The notes under the pieces are model-generated. The model was not told where the DNA came from and did not search any database. It saw only the letters and a program-made list of their open reading frames with translations. A stretch of DNA of 64,000 nucleotides from Occultella glacieicola (GTDB taxonomy: Bacteria; Actinomycetota; Actinomycetes; Actinomycetales; Beutenbergiaceae), in assembly GCF_004353825.1 (NCBI RefSeq), contig NZ_SMNA01000001.1:1-64000 (forward strand), read 5' to 3'. This document shows positions 48,366 to 58,830 of this stretch, piece after piece. The first letter of the stretch is position 1. Each line of letters starts with the position of its first letter. Both the position numbers and the translations under genes were made by a program.

Positions 48366-48571
48366 ACCAACGCGCCGACACCACATCCACGACGCACACC
48401 CCGCGGGCGGCCCGACGCCCAGCCCCCGACCAGCCGCCCCCCGCCGCCCCCCGGCCCGCCGCCCGGCCGGCCGTGGCACGACGAGCGCGCGGAAACCCCG
48501 GTCCGCGCCGGTCGCACCGGGGGATACCGCGCGCTCGGCGGAGCGGAGTGGCGGGGCGGGGTCGGCGACGG

Positions 48572-48601
48572 CCCCCGAGGTCACCGTGGGTGACTCGGGG
48601 G
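48572..48601 (-). terminator. GC-rich hairpin downstream of the phosphoesterase gene
   Basis: cccccgag(g)tcacc-gtg-ggtgactcggggg, about 50 bp past the stop at 48651; no U-tract. Confidence 0.5.
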
Positions 48602-48650
48602 CCGTCGAGTGGCTTGCGCCGTGTCGCTAGGCCGGACCAGGTCAGCCAAG

Positions 48651-51600
48651 TCAGCCCCGGGTCGGGATCACCGTCATGTCGTCCCAGCCGAGGATGACTT
48701 CGTCCGCGGCGAGCACGGCGATCCGGGCGCGGGCCCGGGCGTCGGCGGGCAGCGTGATCGTGACCGTGCCGTCATCGCCCACCACGGCGGTGCCGAGGGC
48801 GGCCGCGTCACCGAGGGGCGTCGCGTACAGGTACGTACCGACCTCGGTGCCGGCGTGCTGGACGCCGACGTCGACCGTGAGGCTGGCCCCGGCCCGCGCC
48901 GAGGGCGGCAGGTCGATCGTGCCCCGGTTGCCCGGCTCCAGCGCCTCGCGGGGCACCGGCACGATCTCGCCCGGCGCCTCGAACTCGGTGCTGAACACCT
49001 TCGTCTCGGACAGGGTCACCCCACCCGCGGCGCTGGCGGCCTCGACGAACCAGGCGTAGGTCTGGTTCGGCTCGAGGTCGGCCCAGGTCACCGTGGCGCT
49101 CGAACCGGAGACGGCGGTGGCCGTCCCGATCACCTCACCGGTCGGGGTGAACAACGCCACCCCGTCCGTCGAGACGCTGGTCGCCCGGCTGGAGAGGTCC
49201 ACCGGGAGCACCATGTCGTCCTCGAGCCCGTTGTAGCGGGCGTCGGTGTCGAACTCGGTGGCGCCGAAGTTCTCCAGCCACGGTGAGTAGGTGTCCACGA
49301 TCATCTCGGACCGGTCGGTGTCGAACTGCAACAGCCGGAAGAAGCTCGCGCCGAAGCGCAGGCCCTGCGCCGGGTCGTACCCGCCGATGTCCACGAGACC
49401 GGCCCGCTCCGCGGTGACCTCGTAGAACTGGTAGTCCGCGAGCATCTCGACCACGCCGTTGCCGTCCGCGCCGACGTCGCTGCGCACGTTCGTGCCGACG
49501 CCGTGCTCGTGACCACCGAGCACCAGGAACACGTTCGGGTTCACCGTGACCACCCGGTTGTAAAGCAGGGCACCGTCCCGGCTGGAGAACCCGGCGTCCC
49601 GACCGTCCGGGTTCAGGCTGGGCCGCAGGTAGTCGTGCGCGAGCAGGATCGCGTTACGGTCGGCGTACTGCGCGAGCACCTCGTTCGCCCAGTCCGCCTC
49701 CTCGTTCGTCACGCCGTAGGAGAGGTAGACCGCGACGAAGTCCAGGCCACCGGCGGTGAACAGGTCGTAGTGGTTCTGGTTGTCGCCCTCCCGCCAGGGA
49801 GCCCCGTAGGCAGCGTTCTCCCAGGTCCCCGAGAGTGCCTCGTACCGCTCGGGGCCGTAGTACTCGTTGTAGAGCGCCCCCGGGCCGTCGTCGGTGCCGG
49901 TGCCGTTGTCGTGGTTACCGGCCAGGACCCCGTTCGGGATACCGGCGTCGTCGAGGATGGCCTGGGCGGCCGAGGACACCTCGTACTCGGCGCGGGCGTT
50001 GGCGACGTAGGCCGGGTCGTCGCCCCGCTGCGTGTAGTTCTCGATGATGTCCCCGGTGTGGGCGGCGTAGGCGATGCCGCGCTCGTCGGCGTTGTCGGCG
50101 ATCCACTGGGTCACGTCGGTGTAGGCCTCCTGCCAGACGGCCCGCTCCTGCTCGCTCTCCTGCTCGACGGCGCCTTCGGACAGGTATTGGGTGTCCGTGA
50201 AGTGCGCGAGCGCGAAGTCGTAGTCACCCCGGTCCGCGAAGGAGTCCGGGTCACCCGGATCGATGTCGTCGGCGAACGGGTCGGTCCCGGTGACCAGCAC
50301 GTGCACCACGCCGTCGTCCAGGTGCCGGGCCGCGGACGGCGCCGAGAGCGCGGTGACGCCGTCGAACGTGCCGCGGGCACTGTCGGCGAGCTCCCACGCG
50401 CCGGCCCGGGTATCCCACACGTAGAGGGAGGCGAGGCGCTGCGGGTCGATCGTGCCCTGCCAGGCCACGGTCGAGCCGTCCAGATCGGACTCGGTGGCGA
50501 GGTCGAACCGCTGGTAGACCACCTCCGCGCCGGAGTCGGAGTCCAGGGTGAGACCGTCGCCGAGGTTCAGGGCGTTGACACCGACCTCCTGGGCACCGTC
50601 GATGTCGAGCGTGGTCGGCACGGTGTCCGACACGCCCTGGTAGGCCGTCGTGGCGCCGTCGGCGCTGGCCCGGTTGAAGGTCGCGGTGACGTCGGCGCCG
50701 TCGGGCTCGGCGACCACCGCGGACAGCGCGACGGAGTCGGTGGTGACCACGGCGCCGTTCGCCGGAGCGAGGTCGGTCGGCACGGCCGGCACGCCGAGCG
50801 CCACGAACGTGATCTCGTGCGTGGAGGTGTTGCCGAGCACGTCGACGGCGCTCACGACGATGACGTGCTCGCCGGCGGTCAGGCCCGGCCCCACGGACGT
50901 CCCCGGGGCGATCTCGGCGCCGTCGAGGGTGAGGGTCGGCTCGCCGAGCAGCCCGGACAGGTCGTCCAGTTCGACGGCGAGGGGCACCGGGGAGCCGATC
51001 TCGGCACCAACGGCGGGGGTGCTGCCGACGAGCGCGGGTCCGGTGTTGTCGGTGGTGAGGGCGCGGCGGGCGGTCGCGCCGGACGCGGTCGTGGCGGTCA
51101 GGGTGTGCTCACCGTCCGCGATGGTCGCGGTGTCGACGTCGGCGCGCAGGCCGGAGGTCTCGGCGTCCACGTCGAAGGTCAGGCTGATCTCCCTGGGCTT
51201 CGTGGTGTCCGAGCCGCAGTTCCCGTCGCCCATGTTGTAGGAGTCGGCGATGTCCTGCCCGACGGCGGTGCCCTGGGAGAGCTCGAGGCTCAGATCCGAG
51301 ACCACGAAGTCGTCGCGGTTGTCACCGCAGGACGTCGTAAAGGTTCCGGCGACCACCTCGATGGTGTTCGACCCGGCGAGCAGGTACGTGTTCGGCACGT
51401 CCACGCGGACCGTCTCGCTGACGTGGTCACCGAGCATGATCGGCAGCCCGTTGACCACCACGGTGTTGCCGTAGCGCGCCTCGATCGAGTTGGAGCCGAC
51501 CGTGAACACGAACGCGGACGTGCCCGCACCCAGGGTCGGGACCGTGGTCATCGGAGCCCCGTCGAGGGTGAAGGACGCGACAGTGCCCGGGCTGCCGCCC

Positions 51601-52445
51601 TCAACTGGGGGCGCGGCGAGGAACGTCCGGGTCCCGTTCAGGAGGGCACCGTCCTCCGGGGTGATGACCGGTGCGCCCGGGTCCCCGTTGTTCACGATGA
51701 CCGAGTGGGACGTGCTCGCCCCGGAGGCGGTGATGGCCTCGATGGTGTGGGTGCCGTCCGTCAGGGTGGTGGTGTCGAGGGCTCCGGACAGGCCGGTGGT
51801 CGTGCCGGGCGCGCCGTCGAGCTCGAAGGTCAGGGCCACCTCGAGCAACCGGGCCGTGTTCGACCCGCAGCTGCCGTCGCCCATCTGGTAGGCCCACTCG
51901 TTCGCGGAGGAGTCCACGTCGGCGTCGAGCGTCTCGATGGCGAGGTCCGAGACGTCGAAGTCGTCGAAGTTGTCCCCGCAGCTGCTCGGGGTCGACCCGG
52001 TGACGAACTCGACCGTGTTCGTGCCCGTGAGGAGGAAGTCGTTCGGCACCGGCAGGGCGACCCGTTCGTCGACGTAGTCCCGTTCGGTCAGCGGGATCAC
52101 GTTGCCGTTGACGACGACCGCGTTGCCGAACCGGGCCTCGATCGAGTTGGTTCCGACGTTGAACAGCAGGGTGGCGTTTCCCGTCGTCGGCTCGGCCGCG
52201 AGGTTCTCACCGTCGATCCGGAGAGCGGTGACGGGGTCCCCGGCGACGACCGGCTCGGCTGCGACCGGTGTGTCGCCGTACAGGTAAGTGCCCTGCTCCG
52301 GGGTCAGGACCGGCGTCCCGTCCGCGGCGTCGGCGAGGGCAGGCGGCGCCAGCAGCCCGGCGGCCACCAGGCCCGCCCCCGTGACCCACGCGACGGCGCC
52401 GGCGCGCCGTGATCTCCCGTGTCGTTCTCGCATTCTGATGCGCAC
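48651..52445 (-). CDS. Large secreted calcineurin-like metallophosphoesterase with duplicated N-terminal beta domains
   Basis: Signal peptide (ALA-D); motifs HFTDTQY, HTGDI, GNHD, LAH, GGHEHG; alternative ATG start at 52433. Confidence 0.85.
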   Translation of the reverse strand: MRIRMRERHGRSRRAGAVAWVTGAGLVAAGLLAPPALADAADGTPVLTPEQGTYLYGDTPVAAEPVVAGDPVTALRIDGENLAAEPTTGNATLLFNVGTNSIEARFGNAVVVNGNVIPLTERDYVDERVALPVPNDFLLTGTNTVEFVTGSTPSSCGDNFDDFDVSDLAIETLDADVDSSANEWAYQMGDGSCGSNTARLLEVALTFELDGAPGTTTGLSGALDTTTLTDGTHTIEAITASGASTSHSVIVNNGDPGAPVITPEDGALLNGTRTFLAAPPVEGGSPGTVASFTLDGAPMTTVPTLGAGTSAFVFTVGSNSIEARYGNTVVVNGLPIMLGDHVSETVRVDVPNTYLLAGSNTIEVVAGTFTTSCGDNRDDFVVSDLSLELSQGTAVGQDIADSYNMGDGNCGSDTTKPREISLTFDVDAETSGLRADVDTATIADGEHTLTATTASGATARRALTTDNTGPALVGSTPAVGAEIGSPVPLAVELDDLSGLLGEPTLTLDGAEIAPGTSVGPGLTAGEHVIVVSAVDVLGNTSTHEITFVALGVPAVPTDLAPANGAVVTTDSVALSAVVAEPDGADVTATFNRASADGATTAYQGVSDTVPTTLDIDGAQEVGVNALNLGDGLTLDSDSGAEVVYQRFDLATESDLDGSTVAWQGTIDPQRLASLYVWDTRAGAWELADSARGTFDGVTALSAPSAARHLDDGVVHVLVTGTDPFADDIDPGDPDSFADRGDYDFALAHFTDTQYLSEGAVEQESEQERAVWQEAYTDVTQWIADNADERGIAYAAHTGDIIENYTQRGDDPAYVANARAEYEVSSAAQAILDDAGIPNGVLAGNHDNGTGTDDGPGALYNEYYGPERYEALSGTWENAAYGAPWREGDNQNHYDLFTAGGLDFVAVYLSYGVTNEEADWANEVLAQYADRNAILLAHDYLRPSLNPDGRDAGFSSRDGALLYNRVVTVNPNVFLVLGGHEHGVGTNVRSDVGADGNGVVEMLADYQFYEVTAERAGLVDIGGYDPAQGLRFGASFFRLLQFDTDRSEMIVDTYSPWLENFGATEFDTDARYNGLEDDMVLPVDLSSRATSVSTDGVALFTPTGEVIGTATAVSGSSATVTWADLEPNQTYAWFVEAASAAGGVTLSETKVFSTEFEAPGEIVPVPREALEPGNRGTIDLPPSARAGASLTVDVGVQHAGTEVGTYLYATPLGDAAALGTAVVGDDGTVTITLPADARARARIAVLAADEVILGWDDMTVIPTRG

Positions 52446-52530
52446 GTTCCGTTCCCCCGGATCGTTGTGGAGTCCCCGCCGTCGTGATGTGCAGGGTGGA
52501 CGTCATCGCCCGGGAACCCACCCTGTCGGC

Positions 52531-52600
52531 CCCGGGTGAACGCCGACCGACCGGCGTGCGAAGCGCCGTCAACGGATCGGGGCCCAGTTGAAGACTGAAC
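52531..52600 (-). promoter_or_regulatory. PHO-box-like 11-nt direct repeats
   Basis: Minus strand cttcgcacgcc-ggtcggtcggc-gttcacccggg in 11-nt phase, plus gttcagtctt further upstream. Confidence 0.45.
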
Positions 52601-52665
52601 GGAACCCCTCGGGTGGATGGCTGGACCACACGACCGTCCGGCCCGAGGGTGACTAGGGTCGGGGG

Positions 52666-53364
52666 GTGGCTGCAGCGCGTGTGATCGGGATGCTCGGCGG
52701 GATGAGCTGGGAGTCCAGCGCCGAGTACTACCGGCTCGCCAACGAACTGGTGCGTGACCGGCTCGGCGGCCTGCACTCGGCGCGCATCGTGCTGGCCTCC
52801 GTCGACTTCGCCGACATCGAGGCGCTCCAGGTCGCCGGCCGATGGGACGAGGCCGGTGAGGTTCTCGCGCGCGCGGCGGCCGGTCTGCAGGCCGCCGGTG
52901 CGGAGCTGCTGCTGCTCTGCACCAACACGATGCACAAGGTGGCCGACCGGGTCGAGGCGGCCGTCGACATCCCGCTGCTGCACCTGGCCGACGCCACCGC
53001 TGCGGCCGTGCGTCGGGCCGGCCTGAGCACCGTCGGGCTGCTCGGCACTGCGTTCACCATGGAACAGGACTTCTATCGCGACCGGCTCGCCGCGGCCGGC
53101 CTCACCGTGCTGGTCCCCCCGGCCGACGAGCGCGCCGAGGTACACCGGATCATCTACGACGAACTCTGTCTCGGCGACGTCCGGGAGTCCTCGCGCGAGA
53201 TCTACCTGGCGGTCATCGACCGACTGGCCGCGGCCGGCGCCGAGGGCGTGATCCTGGGCTGCACGGAGATCGAGTTGCTGATCCGGGCGCGGGACAGTCC
53301 GGTCCCGGTCTTCCCGACCACCCGCCTGCACGTCGAGGCGGCGGTGGCGGCCGCCCTCGTCTGA
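52666..53364 (+). CDS. Aspartate/glutamate racemase family protein
   Basis: IGMLGGMSWESS, LCTNTMH, ILGCTEI two-Cys motifs. Confidence 0.92.
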   Translation: MAAARVIGMLGGMSWESSAEYYRLANELVRDRLGGLHSARIVLASVDFADIEALQVAGRWDEAGEVLARAAAGLQAAGAELLLLCTNTMHKVADRVEAAVDIPLLHLADATAAAVRRAGLSTVGLLGTAFTMEQDFYRDRLAAAGLTVLVPPADERAEVHRIIYDELCLGDVRESSREIYLAVIDRLAAAGAEGVILGCTEIELLIRARDSPVPVFPTTRLHVEAAVAAALV

Positions 53365-53443
53365 GCCGGCCGCCTCCTGTCCCGCGCCGCCGGCTCCGCG
53401 TGTCTGCGCGACCCCATCCCGACCGGGTCGGCAGACTTGGCCC

Positions 53444-54334
53444 GTGCCCCAGTCCACCGACCCACCGCGCCGTGTTCTGGTCACGGGGGCCGGCGGCACG
53501 ATCGGGCGCGCGGTGCTGTGGGCGCTGCGCCGGGCCGGCGTCGCCTCGACGGCCCTCGTGCTCGACGACCCCGGAGACCTGGACACCGACCGGGTCGTGA
53601 TCGGCTCGGCGACCGACCGCGACCGGGTGAGCGAAGCGCTCGACGGGGCGGACGCCGTCGTCCATCTTGCCGCCCGTGCGGCGCCGCACCTGGGCAGCGG
53701 CGAGGAGGTGTTCGTCGGCAACACCGCGGCGACGTTCACCGTGCTCGATGCGGCCGGCCGCGCCGGCGTGCGGCGGGCCGCGATCGCGAGCAGCATCAAC
53801 GCGCTCGGTCTGCGGTACAGCCCGGTGCCGGCCGCACCCGCGTACCTCCCGCTGGACGTCGAGCTGCCCACGGTGGCCGCCGACCCGTACTCGCTGTCGA
53901 AGCGGGTGGACGAGGAGACGGCCCGCGCGATGCATCGCGCCCACGGCATGGACGTGGTGGCGCTGCGGTACCCGATGACCGGCGGGCTCGGCCTCGAGCC
54001 GGGTCTCGGCGACTCCCTCGTGCCGGCCATCGAGCAGCTGCGGGCCGATCCCGCGGCCGGCGCCCTCGACCTGTGGAGCTACCTCGAGGTGCGCGACGCC
54101 GCACGTGCGACCCTCGCCGGGCTGAGCCCCCGCCGTCGTGGTGCCCATGCGATGCTCGTGGCCGCACCGACCACCTTCCTCAGCGAACCCACCGAGGCCC
54201 TGCTCGACCGGTACTGGCCCGGCGTGCCTCGGCGCCGGCCGATGCCAGGCCACGCGGTGCCCATCGACCTGCGCCCCGCGCGGGAGCTGCTCGGCTTCGA
54301 GGCCGAGCACCTCGTCGCCCCTGGGTCCGATTGA
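53444..54334 (+). CDS. NAD-dependent epimerase/dehydratase
   Basis: LVTGAGGTIG, VVHLAA, ASS, YSLSK. Confidence 0.88.
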   Translation: MPQSTDPPRRVLVTGAGGTIGRAVLWALRRAGVASTALVLDDPGDLDTDRVVIGSATDRDRVSEALDGADAVVHLAARAAPHLGSGEEVFVGNTAATFTVLDAAGRAGVRRAAIASSINALGLRYSPVPAAPAYLPLDVELPTVAADPYSLSKRVDEETARAMHRAHGMDVVALRYPMTGGLGLEPGLGDSLVPAIEQLRADPAAGALDLWSYLEVRDAARATLAGLSPRRRGAHAMLVAAPTTFLSEPTEALLDRYWPGVPRRRPMPGHAVPIDLRPARELLGFEAEHLVAPGSD

Positions 54335-54407
54335 GCCCAGCGTCCCGATCCGGGGCAACGGCGGAAGCGCCCCGTCGTCCACCGGGCCCGATGGGTAGCG
54401 GGCGGGC

Positions 54408-56012
54408 TCACCACCGCTTGTCCTCCGCCCAGCGCAGCTGCACGCCGCGGGCGGTGAGCACCCGCTGGAAGTCCTCCACCGCGTCGGCGGCGGCGACGAC
54501 GGCGTGCGGCTCGGTACCGTTGTCGAGGCAGTAGGCGGCGAGCGCGCCGACCGCCTCACCGATGCTCCACTCGACCGGGTGCAGGCGGTAGGCACCATTC
54601 GTGATCTGGGTGGTGCCGATGTTCTTGGCGGCCGGGAGCAGGTTGCGCAGCCGGCGGGGGATCAGCGCCCGGAGCGGGATCTCGAACGGGTGCGGGGTGC
54701 CACCGGCGCCCCGGCCGTCGCCCGTGGTGTGGTGCCGGTCGATCCAGTAGTAGTGACCGGTGCCGACCGAGTCCGGGTAGCGCTCCGACCCGCCGTCGCC
54801 GCGGTAGGCCGTCGAGATCTCCTGCTCGACGATGGTCTTGAGCGCGAGGATCCGGCGAGACTCCCGGATGTAGGGGTACATCGCGAACCCGTCCTCGGTG
54901 CCGGCGACGTCGGCACGCAGCCGCATCCCGGGCCAGCCGGTCCCGCCGTCCGGGCGGGGCGCGTCGGTCTGCAGCCAGTACACCAGCGACCGGCTCAGCG
55001 CTTTGGCCTGGTGCCAGTGGTGCTCGGCCTCCGGCACCCCGAACAGCGGACCGCCGACGTAGTCGTTCATCGGCCAGTTGACCACCACCACGTCGCTGCG
55101 GAAGAAGCCGGGCGAGAAGAACCTGCGGACAGCGATCCTTCGGTAGTTCCACAGCTCCGGGGCCAGGCCCATGTTGCGGTGGTCGAGGTCGATGACGTCG
55201 TCGTCGGGGTTCGGGTTCAGCGTGTAGACGCGACCTGGCTTGCCCTCGGGCGTGACCGGCTCGCCGAAGCTGAGGATCCTGCGCCCGTCCAGCTGCGGGG
55301 GGCGGAGGTCTCGCCAGTAGTCGTAGTCCTCCGGGCGGTCGATGGTGTGGTCCTCGCCCGCGAGGTGATCGAGCGCGAAGCACCAGCTCACCCCCTGCAT
55401 GTCGGTCGGGTCGGCCGTCGGCCAGGCGCCCGGCTCCCCGGTCTGCTCCTGCGACTCCCGGCCCGAGACGTGCTCGACCTGCGCCATCGGGAGCAGGTCC
55501 CCGAGCTCGGTGGCGTCGAGGACGTACGGGGCGGTGATGTCGATCTCGTCGCCGGACGCGGTTCGGACCCGGACCGCGGTGACGCGATCGGAGTCGGTGG
55601 CGATCGCGACCGGCGCGGTCTCACGCAGGACCACGAGCCGGTCCGCGGCCAGGTACGGCATCAGCAGGTCGTCGATCACGGAGACGGCCACCCGCGGGTC
55701 GACGCTGACCGGGCTGACCCACGCGTGGCCGGGGTTCAGGTGAGGATCCGCCCGCGCCGCGTCGGTGAGCGGGAAGTTCCGGCGGTAGTGCTCGCGCAGG
55801 CCGTCGCGTAGCCGGCGGTAGGACCGGTTCGCGCCGTCGTTCTCGATATACCGGTGCTCATCGGTCGGGACGAGCTGGCTGGTCAGTTGGCCGCCGAGCC
55901 ATCGGGTCTGCTCGGTCAGCACGACCCGTCGACCGGCCTCGAGGGCGGCCAGGGCCGCCGACACCCCACCCATGCCGCCGCCGATGACGGCGATGTCTGC
56001 CTGTAGCTCCAC
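54408..56012 (-). CDS. FAD-dependent oxidoreductase (FAD_oxidored-type)
   Basis: DIAVIGGGMGGVSAA, LGGQLTSQ, DATELGDLL, PYIRESRR, NGAYRLHPVEWSIGEA. Confidence 0.85.
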   Translation of the reverse strand: MELQADIAVIGGGMGGVSAALAALEAGRRVVLTEQTRWLGGQLTSQLVPTDEHRYIENDGANRSYRRLRDGLREHYRRNFPLTDAARADPHLNPGHAWVSPVSVDPRVAVSVIDDLLMPYLAADRLVVLRETAPVAIATDSDRVTAVRVRTASGDEIDITAPYVLDATELGDLLPMAQVEHVSGRESQEQTGEPGAWPTADPTDMQGVSWCFALDHLAGEDHTIDRPEDYDYWRDLRPPQLDGRRILSFGEPVTPEGKPGRVYTLNPNPDDDVIDLDHRNMGLAPELWNYRRIAVRRFFSPGFFRSDVVVVNWPMNDYVGGPLFGVPEAEHHWHQAKALSRSLVYWLQTDAPRPDGGTGWPGMRLRADVAGTEDGFAMYPYIRESRRILALKTIVEQEISTAYRGDGGSERYPDSVGTGHYYWIDRHHTTGDGRGAGGTPHPFEIPLRALIPRRLRNLLPAAKNIGTTQITNGAYRLHPVEWSIGEAVGALAAYCLDNGTEPHAVVAAADAVEDFQRVLTARGVQLRWAEDKRW

Positions 56013-56175
56013 GATCCACCACTCCCATGTGAGACCTGTGCCATGCTCCGGTCCACACCGAAGCATCTCCTCACCGAAGGCTACACGAATATTTTCGGAG
56101 AATTCTACGGTTTGTTTGCTAGGGTCTGTACTCGAATCGGGGGCGCGACGCCGCCCAGAACGAGAGGAGCCGGTC

Positions 56176-57195
56176 ATGGGCGACCGACCCACCAAGCGCA
56201 AGAAGCCCTCGCTGGCCGAGGTCGCCGCCCTCGCCGGCGTATCGATCTCGACGGTGTCGAAGGTGGCGAACGGCAGCGCCGACGTCTCCGACGTGACCCG
56301 GGAGCGGGTCGACCGGATCCTGCGCGACCGCGGCTACGTGGCGACGAAGAAACGCAGGGGTTCGCTGACTCCGGTGGTGATCCTGGCCCGGGACATGCAC
56401 TCCCCCTACGGCCTGGACGTGATCCGCGGCGCGGTCGATGCCGCGGGGCCGGCCCAGATCGACATCAGCCTGTCGCTGTACCCGAACGACGCCGACGACC
56501 TCGGCTGGATCGACGAGATCCAGGCGGCCGGCAAGCGCGGCGTCATCGCGATCACGTCGGTCCTCGACGACGCCCAACGGGCCCGGTTCGAGGCCCACCA
56601 CCTCCCGCTGGTCGTGATCGACCCACTCAACAACCCGGATGAGAGCACCTACAGCGTGGGCGCGACGAACTGGGCCGGTGGTCTCGAGGCCACGGAGCAT
56701 CTGCTCGGACTCGGACACCGCAGGATCGCCATGCTCAGCGGCCTTCCGACCGCGATGGCCAGCCGTGCACGCATGTCCGGGTACCTGGCGGCGCTGAACA
56801 TGGCCACCCTCGACCACGGACCGCCCCGGGTGATCCCCGGCGACTTCACCTACGACTCCGGCCTCGAGGAGGGTCTCGCCCTGCTCGCCGAGCCCGAGCC
56901 CCCGACCGCGATCTTCGCAGCGAGCGACTTCCAGGCACTCGGGGTGCTCGAGGCTGCGCGCCGGATGGGCCTGCGCGTACCGGACGACCTCAGCGTGATC
57001 GGCTTCGACGACCTCATCATGGCCCAGCTGGCGTCGCCGCCCCTGACCACGGTGCGACAGCCGATCGACCAGATGGGCGCCGCCGCGGTGGAGACGATCG
57101 TGGCGCTGCTCGGCGAGGCGACCACGCGACCGCACCACACGGAGCTCGCGACGCGGCTCGTCGTCCGCCACTCCACGACCGCACCTCGCGCCTGA
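56176..57195 (+). CDS. LacI-family transcriptional regulator
   Basis: SLAEVAALAGVSISTVSKVANG HTH; GHRRIA; VPDDLSVIGFDD; LTTVRQP. Confidence 0.94.
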   Translation: MGDRPTKRKKPSLAEVAALAGVSISTVSKVANGSADVSDVTRERVDRILRDRGYVATKKRRGSLTPVVILARDMHSPYGLDVIRGAVDAAGPAQIDISLSLYPNDADDLGWIDEIQAAGKRGVIAITSVLDDAQRARFEAHHLPLVVIDPLNNPDESTYSVGATNWAGGLEATEHLLGLGHRRIAMLSGLPTAMASRARMSGYLAALNMATLDHGPPRVIPGDFTYDSGLEEGLALLAEPEPPTAIFAASDFQALGVLEAARRMGLRVPDDLSVIGFDDLIMAQLASPPLTTVRQPIDQMGAAAVETIVALLGEATTRPHHTELATRLVVRHSTTAPRA

Positions 57196-57280
57196 CCGTC
57201 GCGCCGCCGGCCGAGCCCACGCGAGCGCCACGGCCGGGCCGCCGGTGCGCCCGCGCCGAGGTCGGCCACGTGCGCAGACA

Positions 57281-57317
57281 TCGAAAATTCTTTCAAAAAT
57301 CTCTAGACACTTTCGAC
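57281..57317. promoter_or_regulatory. AT-rich putative LacI operator/promoter region
   Basis: tcgaaaattctttcaaaaatctctagacactttcga; related cgaatattttcg at 56086-56097 between the oxidoreductase gene and lacI. Confidence 0.45.
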
Positions 57318-57513
57318 GAACGTCGAGTAGCGTCGCTCGAAGCAGGACCTGCTGATACCCAACATCGATGTTGAGGTGAAGACGAACGATGGCTACCGAC
57401 CTGGCACCCCACCGCCCCCGTGCGGGGCTCCGAGACACACCTCTGCCCCTCCCCGGCCGGTGCCCCCACCGACGACCGGCCGTCATGCGGCCCCACGACC
57501 GACAGGAGTTCCG

Positions 57514-58827
57514 ATGACCGGATCGATGAACCGCCGCCGCTTCCTCGCCGCCGCCGCGAGCCTCAGCGCGGGAGCGATGGTCCTCGCCGCCTGCAGCGGC
57601 GGAGATGACGCGGGGGGCGGTGGCGACGCCCCCGACGGCCCGGTCGAACTCCGCATGGTGATGTGGAGCGCGAACGAGGGCCACCACGAGATCTTCAACC
57701 AGATCGCGGATGCCTACATCGCCGAGAACCCGGACCTGGTCAGCGCCGTCTCGTTCGAACCGTTGACGGGCTCGGGCTACGTGAATGCCCTGACCACCCA
57801 GATCGCCGGCGGTGACGCACCGGACCTGGCCTGGGTCTCGGAGGCGAACGCGGCCCAGTTCGTGCAGAGCGGCGTCCTGTACAACCTGCAGCCCACCTTC
57901 TCCGAGACCGAGGGGTACGAGATCGACGACCTGCTCGACGGTGCGATCGATGTCTGGTCCGCCGACGGCGAGATCTACGGCTACCCGTTCTCGAACAGCC
58001 CGTTCGGGGTGTACGTCAACAACGACCTCCTCGCGGCCGCGGGGCAGCCGAACCCCCGCGACCTGATGGCGAGCGGCGAGTGGACCTGGGACACGGCGAT
58101 GGAGATCGCCGCGGCCGTCGCGGACGGCACCTCGACGACCGGCTTCCAGCCGTCGGACGACCCGTTCACCAACTGGAACTCGGCGCTCGGCGCGATGTGG
58201 ATGTCCTGGGGTGCGGCTCCGTGGAGCGAGGACGGCACCGAGTGCACGTTCGACTCCCCCGAGATGGTCGAGTTCTTCGACTGGTTCCACAGCCAGATCT
58301 ACGACACCGGCGCGGTCGCCGAACCGGGCGCCGAGTTCGATTTCGCCTCTGGACAGGTGGGGCTGCGGCTCTCCCAGCTCAGCTCCTCCACCGGGCTCGG
58401 CGACGACTTCGCCTGGGACTTCGTCCCGATGCCGGACGGACCGGCCGGAACTGTGCCGGTGGTCGGCCAGGGCGGTGTGGGGGTGGTCGCCCGTGGCGAC
58501 AACCCGCAGGTCGCAGCGGACTTCCTCGCCTACTTCACGAACCCGGAGAACTCGGCGCTGCTCGCCCAGTTCTTCCCGCCGCCGCGGGAGTCGCTGCTGA
58601 CCGTCGAGACCCTCTCCGCGGCCGCCCCGGCGCTCACCGAGGAGCAGATCCAGGGCACCGTCATCGACCAGGCCCTGGTCGGCGTGACGAAGGTCGGGCA
58701 CGTCAACATGAGCGAGATCGCCGATCCGGTCCGCGTCGGGCTCGACGCCCTGTGGGTGCCGGAGGGTGACGCCGCCACGGTCATGCCGGCGATCTGCGAG
58801 GCCATCTCCGACAGCCTCGCCGGCTGA
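57514..58827 (+). CDS. Sugar ABC transporter substrate-binding lipoprotein (Tat signal)
   Basis: MNRRRFL...LAAC lipobox; IAGGDAPDL; DGEIYGYP; WTWD. Confidence 0.92.
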   Translation: MTGSMNRRRFLAAAASLSAGAMVLAACSGGDDAGGGGDAPDGPVELRMVMWSANEGHHEIFNQIADAYIAENPDLVSAVSFEPLTGSGYVNALTTQIAGGDAPDLAWVSEANAAQFVQSGVLYNLQPTFSETEGYEIDDLLDGAIDVWSADGEIYGYPFSNSPFGVYVNNDLLAAAGQPNPRDLMASGEWTWDTAMEIAAAVADGTSTTGFQPSDDPFTNWNSALGAMWMSWGAAPWSEDGTECTFDSPEMVEFFDWFHSQIYDTGAVAEPGAEFDFASGQVGLRLSQLSSSTGLGDDFAWDFVPMPDGPAGTVPVVGQGGVGVVARGDNPQVAADFLAYFTNPENSALLAQFFPPPRESLLTVETLSAAAPALTEEQIQGTVIDQALVGVTKVGHVNMSEIADPVRVGLDALWVPEGDAATVMPAICEAISDSLAG

Positions 58828-58830
58828 CCG

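Noticed and set aside
47568..48400. Cobalamin riboswitch upstream of nrdHIEF
   Set aside because: Plausible from context, but no B12-box elements (GGGAA..GGTG..AATCC, GCCACTG, AGYCAG) were seen on the minus strand
48005..48697. ORFs of 150-198 aa over the structured non-coding region
   Set aside because: Biased Arg/Gly/Cys/Pro composition, no RBS, mutually overlapping, and no coding-type codon pattern
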